From Phoronis australis (Eukaryota; Animalia; Phoronida): a stretch of DNA of 64,000 nt. The position numbers were made by a program, and so were the translations under genes. The DNA lies in contig NMRA01000243.1 of NCBI GenBank assembly GCA_002633005.1, positions 399,718 through 463,717 of the forward strand, written 5' to 3'. This document shows positions 1 through 15,200 of the stretch, piece after piece (the stretch's first letter is position 1; every line of letters begins with the position of its first letter). The notes under the pieces are model-generated. The model did no database searches. It saw nothing but the letters and a program-made list of their open reading frames with translations, and was not told the origin of the DNA.

Positions 1-198
1 ACTACACATGAATATTTCATGACCTCAAGCTTATCAGATAATTTTCAAGTCAGTTAACACCACATGACAAGCAAATAGACACCACAGGGTGATCTTAAGC
101 TATGGGTATTGTGATTAATATCTGCCTCTAGGCTACCCAAGTCTTAACTTCTTACAGGACTCTATATGTCCCAACAGCACTTTCACACACCAACTTAC

Positions 199-240
199 AT
201 TTGGTAAGCCGTTGACTCCATACCCTGAATTTACAAAACC
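199..240 (-). CDS. Ssdp: SSDP exon 5, 42-nt phase 0-0 exon ([14 protein letters not shown])
   Basis: Strong acceptor ttttcttctttttcag and donor gtaagt; resembles the GFVSSGYGVNG segment that follows HDY in Drosophila Ssdp (recalled, not aligned). Confidence 0.88.
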
Positions 241-3200
241 CTGAAAAAGAAGAAAATATGGTTGAAGCGCAGTGACACAAATCTCTTTTTTGAACTTAAA
301 CAAACAAACAAAGGCACACAAAACCATCAATGGCGGTAAATGGGGCCAATTAGGTCATAACCAAAAATGCAAGCTTGACCACTTCAGTAAGGTGTTCATT
401 TCTGGGGTTTGTTTTAAGCCACTTGAAAATTTACCAAACAGCAAAATTGTAAGACATATCTTATCAACTAAAGTAGTACTCTAATCAATGTGATTTTAGG
501 ATTTGATTGACAGTTCACCATTCCCAGCAACTGAAGATTCGAACTTGACATAATTGCTAAATTCGCACTCAGGTTGGAGAGACCACGACCAAATTATGAC
601 GAGAGGGGGATTGAAAATGAGGCTGGGAATCACTACTCTGACCTGGTGTCAAAGCATCAATGCAAATCCCCAATCACTTGGTAAATCACCTGTATCCCTT
701 AAGAACAGGTACAAGCAAAAATACCAGTAGTTTGGGGGGCACCTAAAACGCCACGAAACACTTGTAACCGTCCACATGACTGGCGTTTTTGCTATTCGCT
801 AAAGTGCTAGCAAAAACACTAGTGTTTTAGGCAGCTTGTGAACGGGTAAAGTTTGTTTATATTATGTCAATACTTAGCATTCATTGCACTGCAGGTCTTC
901 TGTTGAAAATGACACATTTTCAAAATCATTTTGGCAAACCCAAGGGTGTGAAACTGAACCAAACAATATTTTTGATTGTTTCACTGTTGTTGTACTGATG
1001 GGCACTATCTGGTGACGGGTCACTTTCTGGTGACGGTCACTTTCTGGTGACTGCACTTTCTGGTCACTGACAATCGCTGGTGGCGGGCACTTAATAGGAG
1101 ATCGCCGTCAACGTATTTCAAGATTTGTGAACACAGACGAAGTTAGAAGCCCTGGCAAAAATGGTTGATTTTGACTATAGTTTGTCCAAAATTAGCGAGA
1201 TTGTTGCATTCAACGTAGCAACATCAGAATCTACTTGTTCTAATTTCCCCGACACTGGTTAATTGTGATGAAAGAACAGAGTGTCACACCAGCACAGACT
1301 AGACCTTATACACCAAACGACCATTCAATCACTGTCAATATGTAAGTATATCATAATACCACAGAGTATCACATACTGTTTAGTAACATCACATGGGCAT
1401 AACCTAGACCTTACACACCAAGCAACCAATCACTGACACTATGTAAGTATATCATAACGCCACAGAGTATCACATACTGTTTAGTAACATCACACGGGCA
1501 TAACCTAAACCTTATACACCAAGCAACCAATCACTGACACTATGTAAGTATATCATAACGCCACAGAGTATCACGTACTGTTTAGTAACATCACACGGGC
1601 ATAACCTAAACCTTATACACCAAGCAACCACTCACTGACACTATGAAAGTATATCATAATACCACAGAGTATCACCGACTGCTTAGTAACATCAAACGGT
1701 TATAACCTAGATCTTACACACCAAGCATTCACTCACTGACTCTAGCTGGAGGGTAAACATTGGTTTAATTTGAAATTTGAATACGTGCCAACATGTCACC
1801 AGTGCCGAACACGTAACAAAAAATGATGTGACTATTGTCTCGTTTTGTACTCAATATGTCGCTCAGATCTCCCCAGGGTTCCCATAAAACGGTAAATGTT
1901 AACAGACGTTAGAAATATACATAGGGCATTGTGTCATTTTTTACTTAAGTTATTCAAAGGTTTAGGAAACTAAAATGATCTTTGTGTACATATGAAGGTG
2001 GTCTGAATGGACCTGATCCAATAATGAACAACAAAGGTGATGTGCTCCAATTTTTGAATGAACAGAAAAACACCGTAGCCTGTGTTCTCTACACGCTCGC
2101 ACAATGTTTGAAATCTTGAGCCAGTTGAAAAGTTCTGACACGCGCTTAAATGTTGAGCCACGTTTTAAAGGACTCAACATTTTTGGGTGAAAAACATGGC
2201 ACACAATGTGAGAGGCTTTGGAGTCTCACGAAAGAAGAATTCTGATCGCTTAAAGAGAAATAATAGGCGAAACGAACCGCCTAAATTTCATTTGGCCGGG
2301 TTCGACCAGATAGACAAAATAAAAAGCTGGGCAAAATTTTAGAAAGTTGCTTGAAATAATGGCCACTTTCTTAATATCATCGACTGGTCAGCCATTCTAT
2401 AAATAGATCGGTCATTTATTTCTTTCTCTTCTTTACACCTCACTCGAAGTCGAGTATTCCGAAGTGATTCTCTCATCAATCCTTACCATACATTAATTCA
2501 CTCACTGGTAAGACCGAGCTCAAAGGAGTAGGAGACACTTTTGTGCAACGCTCGATTGTCAACCAGTAAAGTCAGGATTCGAACCCGCGTCTCCCAAACG
2601 GGAGTCTGGAGCTCAAAGCAATGAGCCACACTGTCTCCATCAGTCATTTCACAAATAAAAAATTAAATATGCAAAAAGCGCTTTCATGGTGCCTTTTTCC
2701 ATGTTCCGTATGTCCCGCGGCACTGGTCAGACTTTACGGCAGCAGTGTTAGAAACGTAAACAAACCTCCGTATGGAAACACTTTTGATGACTAATTGGTT
2801 GTTGCTTGTGCATTTCCACTTTGACGAATATTATGGGTTACTTTTGGTGCATTTCACATTGTCATTGACAACTAAAGTAAGCTCATCTCATCTCATTTTT
2901 CATTGGCAGCATTATATCTGTGGCGCATCCTCCTGAGAAAAACAGCCATGTCATTCACAACTCTTTACTTTGGAAGCGGCAGTGTACAACGTTTGAGGTT
3001 TCGGGGGGGGGGGGGTTATTCTGAAATTGTGGACAGCCAGCGTTGTCTCTGGCTTCCGTTGTGGATTGGCGGGCGTATTTGACATACTCGGGGTAAACTT
3101 GTAGTATGTTGTGTATTTTCTGCATGAATTCTGGTCGTGTCGAGTTTAACCGATGGATGTATCAACTTCAAAACGAGTAATTCAGACATATTGAGAGGAT

Positions 3201-6200
3201 ACTGACTACAAGAATTCTGTGCAAGCCTGAAAAAAATAAGACTCGACTGTTAAGACATATGACAAAAATGTGACTCGCTTACCAAGACACTTCAAAAAGG
3301 CGTGTACGGTCAGAAATTTTTTTGGAAAGTTTGGACTCCCAGTTTTGGAATCCTGTATACCGTTAACCCATAATCACAGCTCCCTCACCCCCATTCAATG
3401 TGCTTATAACAACGATGGAGTAGCAGACATTTTTTCCTGAATTACAGTCTTGTATTCTCTAAATATTCTATTGAAAGAGCAATAAACCCACGCCTTTTAC
3501 GTCTTCTGTCGAAAACCAACTTTTGATTTAGACCAGCTACTGTAATAACATCCACCTCATCTTATTCCCTACTAAGATTTGATGATTTTTTTGGCTTGAA
3601 AAGAACCGAAAGGTCGTCATTGCTTCAGAACAGGCCCATTTACGTTGCTGGCCACCAATGCAATATGACTGCCAATGCAATGTGGCTGCCAATGCAATAT
3701 GGCAGCCAATTCAATATGGCCACCAATGCAATATGGCCGCCAATGCAATATGGCCACCAATGCAATATGGCTGCCAATGCAACAAATTTATTGTGACCTA
3801 CTTCAACTAAAACAAAGGATAATAATGTAATGGATTTGATCTAGAAGAGTAGATACCACAGCTAAAAAAGTTGGTGTTTTAATGTCTCAATAAGATTTTT
3901 AACGATTTTAATATGTTACAGGATCTTCACTCCATTTACAGAGCCTTGGCGGATAGGATGTTCCAGCCCTAAAGCAACCACCATTTCAGCAGAGGAGTAG
4001 GAAGCCGAAGGTGGTAGAAACAACGGAACACCGTATCAAGGAAACCAAACAATTATCCCTCCGCCACAGCCTAGATATGGGTTGATCACTACTGCCACTC
4101 TTTGCATGTTGGGAGAACTTGTGAAACTTGAGTAATCATTACCAGTCATGAGTCTTTCCATCAAAACGAAATCATGTAACAACAATAATTGCTACCTTTT
4201 ATCTGATATCAGTATAGGGTGACCACAAAAAACAGAATCCACAAACATTTGAAATAATCCAATCATAGAAATGCAGTTATTTTTAATTCAAATTTGGTAG
4301 ATTTATTCCTTAGTAAATGGGTGATCGTTTTCACAATTTTTTAACCACAAGAGTCAGTTTGCATTGGATTAACTTATTCTTTATAAAATAATGTTTCTTA
4401 CCCAGCATCATTCTGCCTACTCTGTTGTAACCAAGCTGTAGTGCAATCACATAAACTATGAAGTGATGGTATCAAATTTAGATAAAGACAAGGGTTGTTA
4501 GACAAGATACATCAATGTGATGTTTATTTATACCCTTGTAGGCGATAACATAACACACTAATGATGTTAAGGTAAATATTTCGTTCATTAAAAGTACATA
4601 CAAAGAAAAAAACATTGTGACATCTTTGTAAATTAGGGGAGAACGAATGGTATGTTTTTTCTACCTTTCATTGTTGGAGTGCATTAATTTCTGAGATTTG
4701 TTTCAAGAACAGTGACATAAGACTGGGACTTTTCGAAGATAGACCCACCCAAAAGTATGCCCATAGGCATATTTTCCATAATTGTTTCCATGTTTTGAAA
4801 GTCTGATGGACAAACCTAAAATATGTATGTAATATGTTTTGATGTAAATTTTGTTTATTTTAGCAGGACATTATATTTTAAGATCAAGATTTCACTCAAA
4901 TGACTACCATTTAACAAGATATTGGGTGACTAACCGTATTGGCACAATGTAAATAAGTTTTACGCACTATGTTTGTTGAATGCAAAAATTAGAATGAAAA
5001 AATTGTCATCGATCTCAAATACACAGCCACTGTACGCATCATGAAATATTTGACAGTTTCCAAAAATACGCCTGGGCGCATATTCCATCCCATTTGGTGT
5101 TTTTGAAAGCACAAGATCAAATATCCGATTTTCAGGAAACAGAACCCTATAGCAAAAATACTGATTTTGTTTTTATTACAGAAAAATACATTTTTCTCAG
5201 ATTATCAATATATGAAATGCACACACGTTTTAATGTCGTTCACATGCTGAAATGAACCGAATTTTAGTTTACACCCCGGGAGAAGCTAAAAATCCTCCAC
5301 ACTGCCGAAATCAAGAACGTGTCAGTCTGAGACAAGTATACGGTCGTTTAAACTGTGTAGATGTCACAAAACAACATTTGGTAAATTTTCCATTATTTGC
5401 AGCAAGATAATGAGCCCCTGAAAAACTGGAAAATGGCAACCTAGCCTATTTTTTGTGCGAAATAAGCGAATATTACCGTATTGTTTTGGCAATGTCATCA
5501 CAGTTCAATTCCTTTTACCACATGTAACTGTTGGGTATGATGGAAACGTGTTCATAACGCCCATCAGAAAGAATAGAAAACTACAAAATACATCTACGGC
5601 TCTGAAGATCTGGCATGTAACCAGATTTAAATGGATTACATTTTTAATTTTCAGTAAATAAAAATATCATCCAGTTTCTTTGTCAAGGTGTAAAAGTACT
5701 TCAATATTGCACTATGCTACGAAAACATGTAACACGCACAGAAGAGGTCCTATTCTAAAAATTTCGACCTCATTCACAGCTTCAGTATTTCTTTTCCAAA
5801 AAGGGACTTTTATGCAAAAGGTTGTTCCAAGGCGAGAAAAAGGATGTTTCACCAGGGAGATAATCCCGTAAACTGTGATATAAGTACAAAAAACCAGAGA
5901 CGTCAACCACAACCACAAGTTATTATAGCCAACAAAGAACTGACCAAAAGTACACATATATTTTGACATTCCAACCACAAAACCATTCCTAGCTCTCTGT
6001 CTAGCTATAAAAAGGCCATCTCAAGTTTCTCCTTCTGCCCCTAGCTGTAACCTCAGGTAATGAATGTCTACAAACTTCTGTGCTAACATTGAGGAGCTAG
6101 GTCTGAGGTTCAACACGAAAATACGCGATACCCTTGAATTGATGTGGACAATTTGGAAAGGACTCCAAAACTTACACACAGCAATTGCAAGGAAATATAT

Positions 6201-9200
6201 GAACATTGACCACACAATCAACTCTAAAGATGGTGACGAGACTTTTCTAGGTGAGACAGATGTTACCTGACTACAGACCCACCATTTATAGTCAAAGGAT
6301 TTTATAATTCAGTCAGAGCCTATAGACAGGTTAGCATCCACGTCACGAATTGGGTAGTCAAAATGATGCCCATTTTGGATAATAATAATGGCAAACAGAG
6401 CTCTCTTGAAAATATGAACCTTTAAAGATGTATTTGCATGCTCCTAACCATGCTAATGTATAACAGGAACTAAATGGCAGTGCTATTGAACATCACCTAC
6501 ACTAAACATAGTGCAGTTGCATTCATTGATAACTTGTAAACACGAAAACAAAAAACTTCCGCAAATAGGTGACTTTTGCACCAATGACACATATTGGGGG
6601 TAAACGCAGCCCACATCATGCAGTGTTATTCTCCAACACCACGTCACAGCAGATAGTTACTAGATACGGTTGAGTGATTTACAGCAGATCATTATCCAAA
6701 CAGAACTTGTTCTTAAAAACATTTGGCAATTTTCAACCTACTTCATAATCAAATCGTCACTGAATGTTGCGTTTCTAACTAATTTGACCAAGCAATCAGA
6801 GAAAAGATAAGGAACTATCTGGCAAGTTCCACTGAGATTATGTAAGACTTAAGAAAATTAGGACATAATATCACAGAAATGGCCGATCGAGATCTATACA
6901 TATACTTTCAGATTGTATGCTTAAAAATACTGTCAAGAACTATTTTCAAAATGTTGCATTTGTGCATGAAGGTTTATCAAAAATAGCATTACTATGATTT
7001 TCATGAAAAAAAATAATACAAGTTACATAAACGGAAACGATAATTTAGAAAAATGTGATGTTTCTGAGATTTTGTCCTAAACATTTATATCCAATGAGGT
7101 TAGATCATATTTCCGATTTCGTCCTCCTTTTATGAATGTTCCTTTCTTTTTATAAATTTTACTAAAACACGAAATTGCGTGACCCTATCAATGGAATTCT
7201 AGTAAAAAATAAAAAATCTACAGGTTTTCTGAATTCAGAAAATAAGCACATTTCTACGGTAAATTTCATAGTTTTGTAAATATTTGGCTACGTAAACAGA
7301 CTTATCAATAAGGTCATACCTAACCTTAGATGCCTTTGACATCAACCCTCACACGTCTTGGACCGAAGACTTTATTTAGCAGTAAATAGGTGGGTTTAAT
7401 GATATTAGTTGAATACATCTCACTCTCATTTTGAGAACTAATTTCTCTACTGAATAACGGGCATCAGACTGGTTCTCAAAATGTGGGCACGTTATACCCG
7501 ACTATTGCAGATTTAACAGTGAGGTGTATGAACAGTTAACTTCGGTGCCATCTTAGTTATCAACAGATGTCGCTGTCTGTAACCACACATGTTGTGCTAT
7601 TACTTCATTTTATCACATTCAACTATTTACCATTTTAACATCGTATGGCAACCACTTCATTTTATTTATCACGGTAAACTCTGACCAATTTCGGACAAAA
7701 ATAATTGTCAAAAATGCCCTTTATTAATTTTTCAGGGGCTTCATCTCTGCTGCGAATGCCCACAATTTTTCCAAGCTTTGTCTGATGTTAGCTGTGGAAG
7801 AGAACTTGAAAAGGGAACATCACTTCATTTTGTGCAGCTTATGGATCATATTAGTATTAAAAGTTTCGCTTGTCGGCCATATTATCCCCTAAATTAGTGA
7901 CACTTTACCATATCCAAACATTTTTACGTGAACTTTCATACTTAAAAAGCTATACGAACAACATTTCGCAGCACCATCAACAAGCAAAAACTACGGTGTC
8001 AGGTGCCCGTTAACTACTGAAGCCCGATTGAAAGGTTCAAGTAACACCAGTCGACGTTGACGCTCCTCATGTTCCAAAGTTACGTTGGTACGAAAACGTA
8101 TTTAGTTCAAGTAGTTACTGTAAAATTTACAAAAAGTTATAAACTTCACCAAACATTGACCTGGTGTTCGAAATGAAAGTTGCTAGTTACTAACACAATT
8201 CTGAATCCAGCAAATCAAGAGGTATGTATTGTGCCTCATTTACCTTTTCAAATTTCTCTGCTCTCCACATTGTATGCAACAGTATGACTTTATTGACATC
8301 TGAATGACAAATGACAAAACGACAAACTAATCTCATGCAAAATAGTGATTAGCACAGCATGAGTTTAAGCTGTGGGGCAAATACTCTATGAAAGTGCAGC
8401 ATTGTGGGTAAATATCGCGGAATCCGAAGGAGGCCGCTGTGGCATTCCAGGTCGTGGGTAAACAAACATAGAGGACAGTTTGAGCGTCTTGACAGTATAA
8501 CACATACTCAAAAAGCTACCATAAACCTTTGTAACAATTTGATTACAATATAATCTCCCAAACTTCGATAAACATAATCAACTCAACTACCCTTTTTCAT
8601 TTTTCATGATTTTCCTTTAACAATGATTTGAATTTCCAAGATTTCTCAAAATACAATCAAACGGTATCTACGGACACAGAGTTTGAACATGAAAAAGCAT
8701 TAATTTGGAAACCATGTATCTTTTACAGAAAAGTGAGAAAATGAAATTTCACTTGTCTGTCAGAATCCTGCACTAGAAATATCACTGTAGATAGTTCAGA
8801 ATGTGAAGGTCAAGGACACGGCATCACTAATAGAACAATGACATGCCCTAAATAACAGCATCAAGAAGAAACATATGTGGGTTTGTTGTGCAGTGTTAAC
8901 AAGGAGTTGTTTACAAGGCATGTATTGATTTTTTGAAAATAACCGAGAAACTGAGAATTTTCCATTTTCCATTTTGGTAACCTTTCTTTTAGTATATCGA
9001 AACAAAATTAATTTCTGTGACATATGTTTACAAAAATCTTCACGCCGAAACTACTAGGCGATGAGAGGGTGCACACATCAGCAGTACCAGGGTAGAATTC
9101 AATAACGCTAGGGCCTCACTGGGAAATCTCTACAAAAGTAAGACTTTGCGAGACTATATGAGATATTGCCGTCTATTTTAATTGAGAGCATGTGATTTTT

Positions 9201-12200
9201 GCTAGAATTTCCTCGTAGCGAGGTAGCTACTGAACTCTACCCTGTCCTCAAATTTGCATGGCTGTAAAAATAGACCAGGCGATAACACAAAGTTGCGTCC
9301 AGACAGAACGATGCCCCAGGAAGAGATGACAGGTTCCAAGTGATAGATGAGCAGAAATTAACCTAGCGCATTTTGACCCAATTATGACAATTAACTCCAC
9401 CTCTTGGAGAGCACACAATCTGCGTCTGACCAACCTGCACCAGGGCAAGTGCCCCATGTGTACCAGGATTGTGAAAAGGTCAGAAAGGGATCACCATTAG
9501 TTCACACGGGCACTTTCCTCCACTGAAAAACGGTTAGTTTTACCATGATACAGGTGGCATTCAGCCGTGTAGACGTACAGCTGATCCAGGACAAGGTACC
9601 CTTGGAGAAACTGGCCATGTGGACCTAGCTTTAAACCCATGTTTACACTAGAACATTAGAACACCTTGCTTCCGATGAGACGAACGTCCAGACATCACAC
9701 GACATGACGGAGATACGCTCTCAACATATGCACAACTTTGCAAAATGATGATTTATCTTGTTGGGTTTTAGGATATTTCTGTTTTGTGGATCTTTGCAGA
9801 ATGTAGAAAATGGATGGAGTTGAAAGTGTTGATCAAAATATAAACATAATAAGATAAAAATGTAATGCAAAAATGAAGTCAATCCTATGTATGCAATTGC
9901 AGGAGCACACACCTCTTATTTATATCCGTCTTATTGGCAAGTTTGCGATCACACTGCACTGTATGTTGGGACTAGTTGCCATACTTAAATAACGTGGGGG
10001 TAAGTTGTGCCACCTAAGTCGAGTTGCCTCAGCAGAAATCATAATATAGCAACAACTCGTCCCAGGAGAACGGTAACTCATTCCAAGGCATTTGTAGTGT
10101 GGACAGCACTTTTGAAATTTCTACAAATTGCAGTGCCGCACAACGAAATGAATCACGGATCCTTATAATTTACCTTAATTTGAGGTGAATGCCATTTTCA
10201 ACATGAAAAAGGGCAAACATGTTTTCTAAAGTAGAATGAAAGTACTTTTATTGCAAAATTGAAAAATTCAGCGTAAACAAGATATTGATGTTAACGGTAA
10301 AGAATTTTAACCAAGATCTTTTCATTTGTGACAAATATGGGCCATCACACCAAATCTATTATCAGACATCCCAGCTAGTTCATCTTGACAAAACAGGCAA
10401 GTCTGGTCTAAACAAGTTTTGAATGTGACAGTCTGCAGAGTTCTTAATCAGATTGTACCAAGCTTAACTGGTTTTCATACGTTTTTGCATGTTTTCGAGT
10501 TCGCACTACCTAAGTGTGATCACTCTGACTGTTATTTAACATTGCCAGTGGATAGTTTCCAAACCTGCCACAAGGATGCAATCGCATTTTTTCTTAAAGA
10601 GACAACGTCGGTGAGAAAAGTAAGTGTCTGAGATCAGACATAACATGATTTTGAACCCACAACCTTGGTGTTCCAGTCCAACACTCTCCTGGTAGAGCAA
10701 AAACCGACTTGATAAGTGCAGAGTATTTCACAGTATTTAACAGGTAAAGTCACCAGCCCTGATTTCAGTGAATATCTGGCAGACACTAGAAAGAATTAGT
10801 GAGCTGTAAAAAAATCTCAAAAACAACGCATTTTGTTGTTTCATAGCTCTGGTCAAAGCTAATAACTTCAAGAAGTTTATTCCATCCAACAATAATTTCA
10901 ACAAGTCTGTCCCATCCAACAATAATTTCAACAAGTCTATCCCATCCAACAATAATAATTTCAACAAGTCTATCCAATCCATCAATAATCACAAAAATGC
11001 TTCTTAGTCATAGAGCTGATTCCTGCATGGCCTTTTAACTCGACCACACTTCCCCTGGGTATGAGCAGCCGAGAGCACAAAACAACACATCCTAGTTTGT
11101 AAATTCAATGATATTTTAAGAATATGTGCATTTGAACAATCACATGCTGTCTTGGAGATTTCAATCTCACAGCATGAATTCAATGCTAACTTGACATACA
11201 ATCAATCCTGTCTCACAGATTCGGCCAATAATTGCAAATCGGGCAATGTTTTAAAGAAACAATCCCATTAACGATTAACGAAACTGTACCTGTTACAAAC
11301 AGTCAACGAGTTGCACGGATTCAGCACAAATAAAGCACGTATTGAAAATCAACCATGTCGGTGAGGAACGAAACTAAACTGTCACATGACAAATGTAGGG
11401 TGTTCTTCTATCTGAGTGGGAGATGGGGATGTTCTGCCAATTGAGGAGACTTCCAGGATAGGTACCGTCTCGCCCTCGGTTGAGCATTCTGCCCCATCAG
11501 GTCAGTTATTGGGACAGTGATGTTCAGATTATAAACTATGAGATACATTTCATTAACTTCATCCCATAAAGAATTTTTTTGTTAAAAGTTTCGTGCGTTG
11601 ATAGAACATAGTCTTAGACATAAGTAGCAACAGGGTTAGTTTCATTAGTCACCCACAGGATTGAGTTTCAAACTTGTTCGATTAGCGATTGTTGACTCGA
11701 TTTTGATCAAGTTAGCGTTGAATTGACACAGTGAATCTACAACTATAAAACGGCGCAAATTTGTTAAATGAACAAGAATGAATTCATAGAATAGTATTCA
11801 ATTTTCGAAATAGAATAAATTACTTTAATTTTCGCAGTCTCTACTACGCTGCGCATACCAGTGGATGTTACACAATGACTGTAACCTGTCTAAAACTGAT
11901 CACCAATTTTCAAATTTACCAAGACAGACTGATGTCACACCACCTCAAGAACAAACTCAACATGGCCACACTAGCTCACCAACAAGAAAAGCTTTCTAAA
12001 ATTTCGCGCACTCCGACTGTACAAATTTACCCCAGTTTGATTTTAGATATAAAACACAAACGTCACTGAATCCAAAACATTAAGTTAGTCATATGCATGT
12101 CCACTTTTTGTTACGAAATCAGAAAATAACACATCCAAATACAAACGTTTTTGTAGAATGTTTTTGTCAAATCCACATGTTTCTGAAATTCCTGATACAT

Positions 12201-15200
12201 CAAAAAGCAAGAAATACCGGAGCCTGACCCCACCACATTGATACAAATAAAATTCGGACCACCTCGCATAGCAAATAACCAAACAAAATGAAAAATTCAC
12301 TATGAGACAAAGTAGACAGCACAAAGAGACTATGTTCAGAATTCCAGAATTTCACCAGCACTGGGTAGAATATAGCTGAAACAATGCGCACGATCAATAT
12401 CTCAGTGACACTGTGCAAAACATGTGGGCTTAGTCGCGTGTGCGACAGTAGACTATCTCCAGGAGAGAGGGAGTGTGTTCTAGAAAACTGACCTCACTAA
12501 ACAGCGCAAATCTGTCTCATAATAATTATTATCCTAGAATTAAACGTAATTTGACTGAGCACCGCCATCTACGGTATACTAAAGCTCTGGAATTTAAAAA
12601 CACAACTGCCTTTCACAGTTTAGTTTACATAGAGAATAAATCCCTCATCTGAGAAAAATACAAAATTCATAAAAATTAACCAAATTAATGGTTGGAAAAT
12701 AAATAAGGTTGGAAATGGGTGTACTAAAGCACAAATCCAAAACCTTTTCAAAACATGTGAATAACAGATTTTTAGCAAACACAATCAAGATTCCCAGAAA
12801 ACTGAAATTTTAAGAACTATTAAATTCATCTCTTAACGACATCACACGTTGAAACTGAAACTGTAGTCAGAATGTCATTCTTTGGGCATTGCTGCAAGAG
12901 TTCAACTCTGTGTCTGAGAAAATCCCAACTTTCTGAGGAAAAAAGTCGGGACAGCAAAACCAACATGGCTACCAGACACATGGACCCCCCCCCGCAGATA
13001 ACACAGTTAGTTCACTGAGTCATAAACCACTGACCACCTGACATAGTGCCGGACACAAAACACGACTTATGCACTCAAAAAGCATAATCTAAGTACTCAA
13101 ACTCATACCCGATGAATAGTCTCTTTCTACAAGTACTGTCAGGCAGTCAGTGAGGCATGTTTGAGACTCGAGAACACTGGGATTGTTTTTGGGGGTGATT
13201 AAGTCATGTTTTGTGAATCCAGCACCGTGTCTAGAGGTCACTGAGGTGTGTTTGTGAGTCAGTGACCTGAGTATACCTTGGGCACCTGTGAACTATATCA
13301 ACAAGTGAGGCACTACAGCTGCTCCGCAGTGTGACAACCCTTGACTATGGCCTTGCGAAAGAAAACTGGGAGAAAAAGCGCAGCCCAGTCTGCAAACTAG
13401 AACCAGCAGACTGAGACACTACACATTGCTGAGCAACACTATATTATGCAACTGATGTGGTGACAAACAGTCTACAAAGCATCCACAGTACACATAAGGA
13501 GTGCAAAGGACCTGAGCAATATTTCCCACCAATAGAGCAAACCCAAACATCTTCTTTAGGAATGGCTTAATGGGCAAGGAAGAGGGTTCAAATGCATTAA
13601 CGCTCACAACAATAGCAACTAGGTGATCATGACTGCCCTAGTCGGAAATGCCATCGTTAGTGAGATCAAAAAGTAATCATGGAGCTGGGAAGACCACTAG
13701 ACAAAAACAAGCCTATACCGGCCGGTCAAGTTCTAGGGTCTCTTTGATGATTACTCACACCGATTATTAATCGATAGCAAGAATGCAAATCAATTGGAAA
13801 TCTTTAGGTTGAAGAGTTCAGCTGCAGCAACAGGTAAGACAAGGCATAGCATACTGTCTTGGCAGGATCAAGTGCCCTGCCTGAAATGAGCGCCTGTCTT
13901 GAATTAGCACCAGGGTTAAAAGTTCAATGTAAAATTAGCTGGGGGAGCCAGAAAAAGGGCCAGGGTTTGATTAAGCCCGGGGAAAACGAATGCACGGTTC
14001 GGGAACACTGAGCTAATACGTTGGCAATCACTGGTGTGCACTGCAAAATGTGTTTAGGATACATAGTAAAAATGCTCCCGTTCGTGACAGTGAAAAATTA
14101 ATTGTTTAGCTCAAGGTTAGACCATGTACCAAATTTTAGAAATATGCAAGTCTGGATGTCCCAAATTCATGAATTACCACCAATGAGAAACGATCATTCG
14201 TCTCAATGTTGCAGACTATTAGGACGCATGAAAAGGTTGCGTTGGCTGTTATTTCAGTCGATTTCATGAATTGCCAAGTCTATTTTCAGACTCTCTTAAT
14301 ACAAGACACATCGTACGAAATTTGAGGAATAAGATAAATACCAAAATCGACCGTGTCCCAACCTATAGAATGAAGAGAATTCAATTTCTGTTTGAATTTA
14401 GAGGCTGTCCAAACTGGAGAATTTTTACCGTACCATAGCAATGTTTTTATGAACTTTCTACCAGTTAAAAAATGCAGGATCTTGTACAACTGCCCGGGGG
14501 GTCTAAGATCACGGTCCTCTGCCCTGTTTTTGCCATAAAAAGTAAGACTCAATTGACAACTAACTTGTTGCACTTGAAAACGCATTACATAAGGCAACAT
14601 AGAGCACCATGTTCTTCAGCTTAAAACCTTTTAGAACAAAATTTTGTCTAGTACAGTGTTTCTGGTTGGCACTCCGGAAATATACCACAGGACAATCTAT
14701 CCATATCGTTTATCAAGGGCCTTTAAGATATTTGTGAATGCCCACATTTTTTTTTCAAAATAGTGTCTGATGGAGGCTACAGTGCAGATCTTAGTATGAC
14801 CAAGCATTTGTTTGTTGCTATGAATCGTTAGGACAAAAAAATGACAAACAAAATTTACATGGTCACCCACAACGTCATGTCCTAATGTTGGTGAGATTTT
14901 ACCACTATTTCACCATGTGACCTCGGGATGACCTTGACCATGAACTTTTAACCACGACCAGCAACTAGCATGATATGCCCACAGTGCCAGAGTATTTGTC
15001 CAGAACAAGCTGGCATCAGACAGACAGAGAGGTCTATAAAACACAACGAATCCCTACACAAACACTGATAACAGTGAAATTGGGTCATAAGAAGCCTTTA
15101 TCAGTCCGTCCCTAGAGTTCACCATCAACAAGTAAGTAACCTGTGGCAGACAAATATGTTTATGATGGACAGCATCGTTGCTAAGCAACAGTCCACCAGG

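Noticed and set aside
1300-1745. Regularly spaced repeats resembling a CRISPR array
   Set aside because: Whole 101-bp units repeat with no unique spacers; eukaryotic intron, no cas genes.
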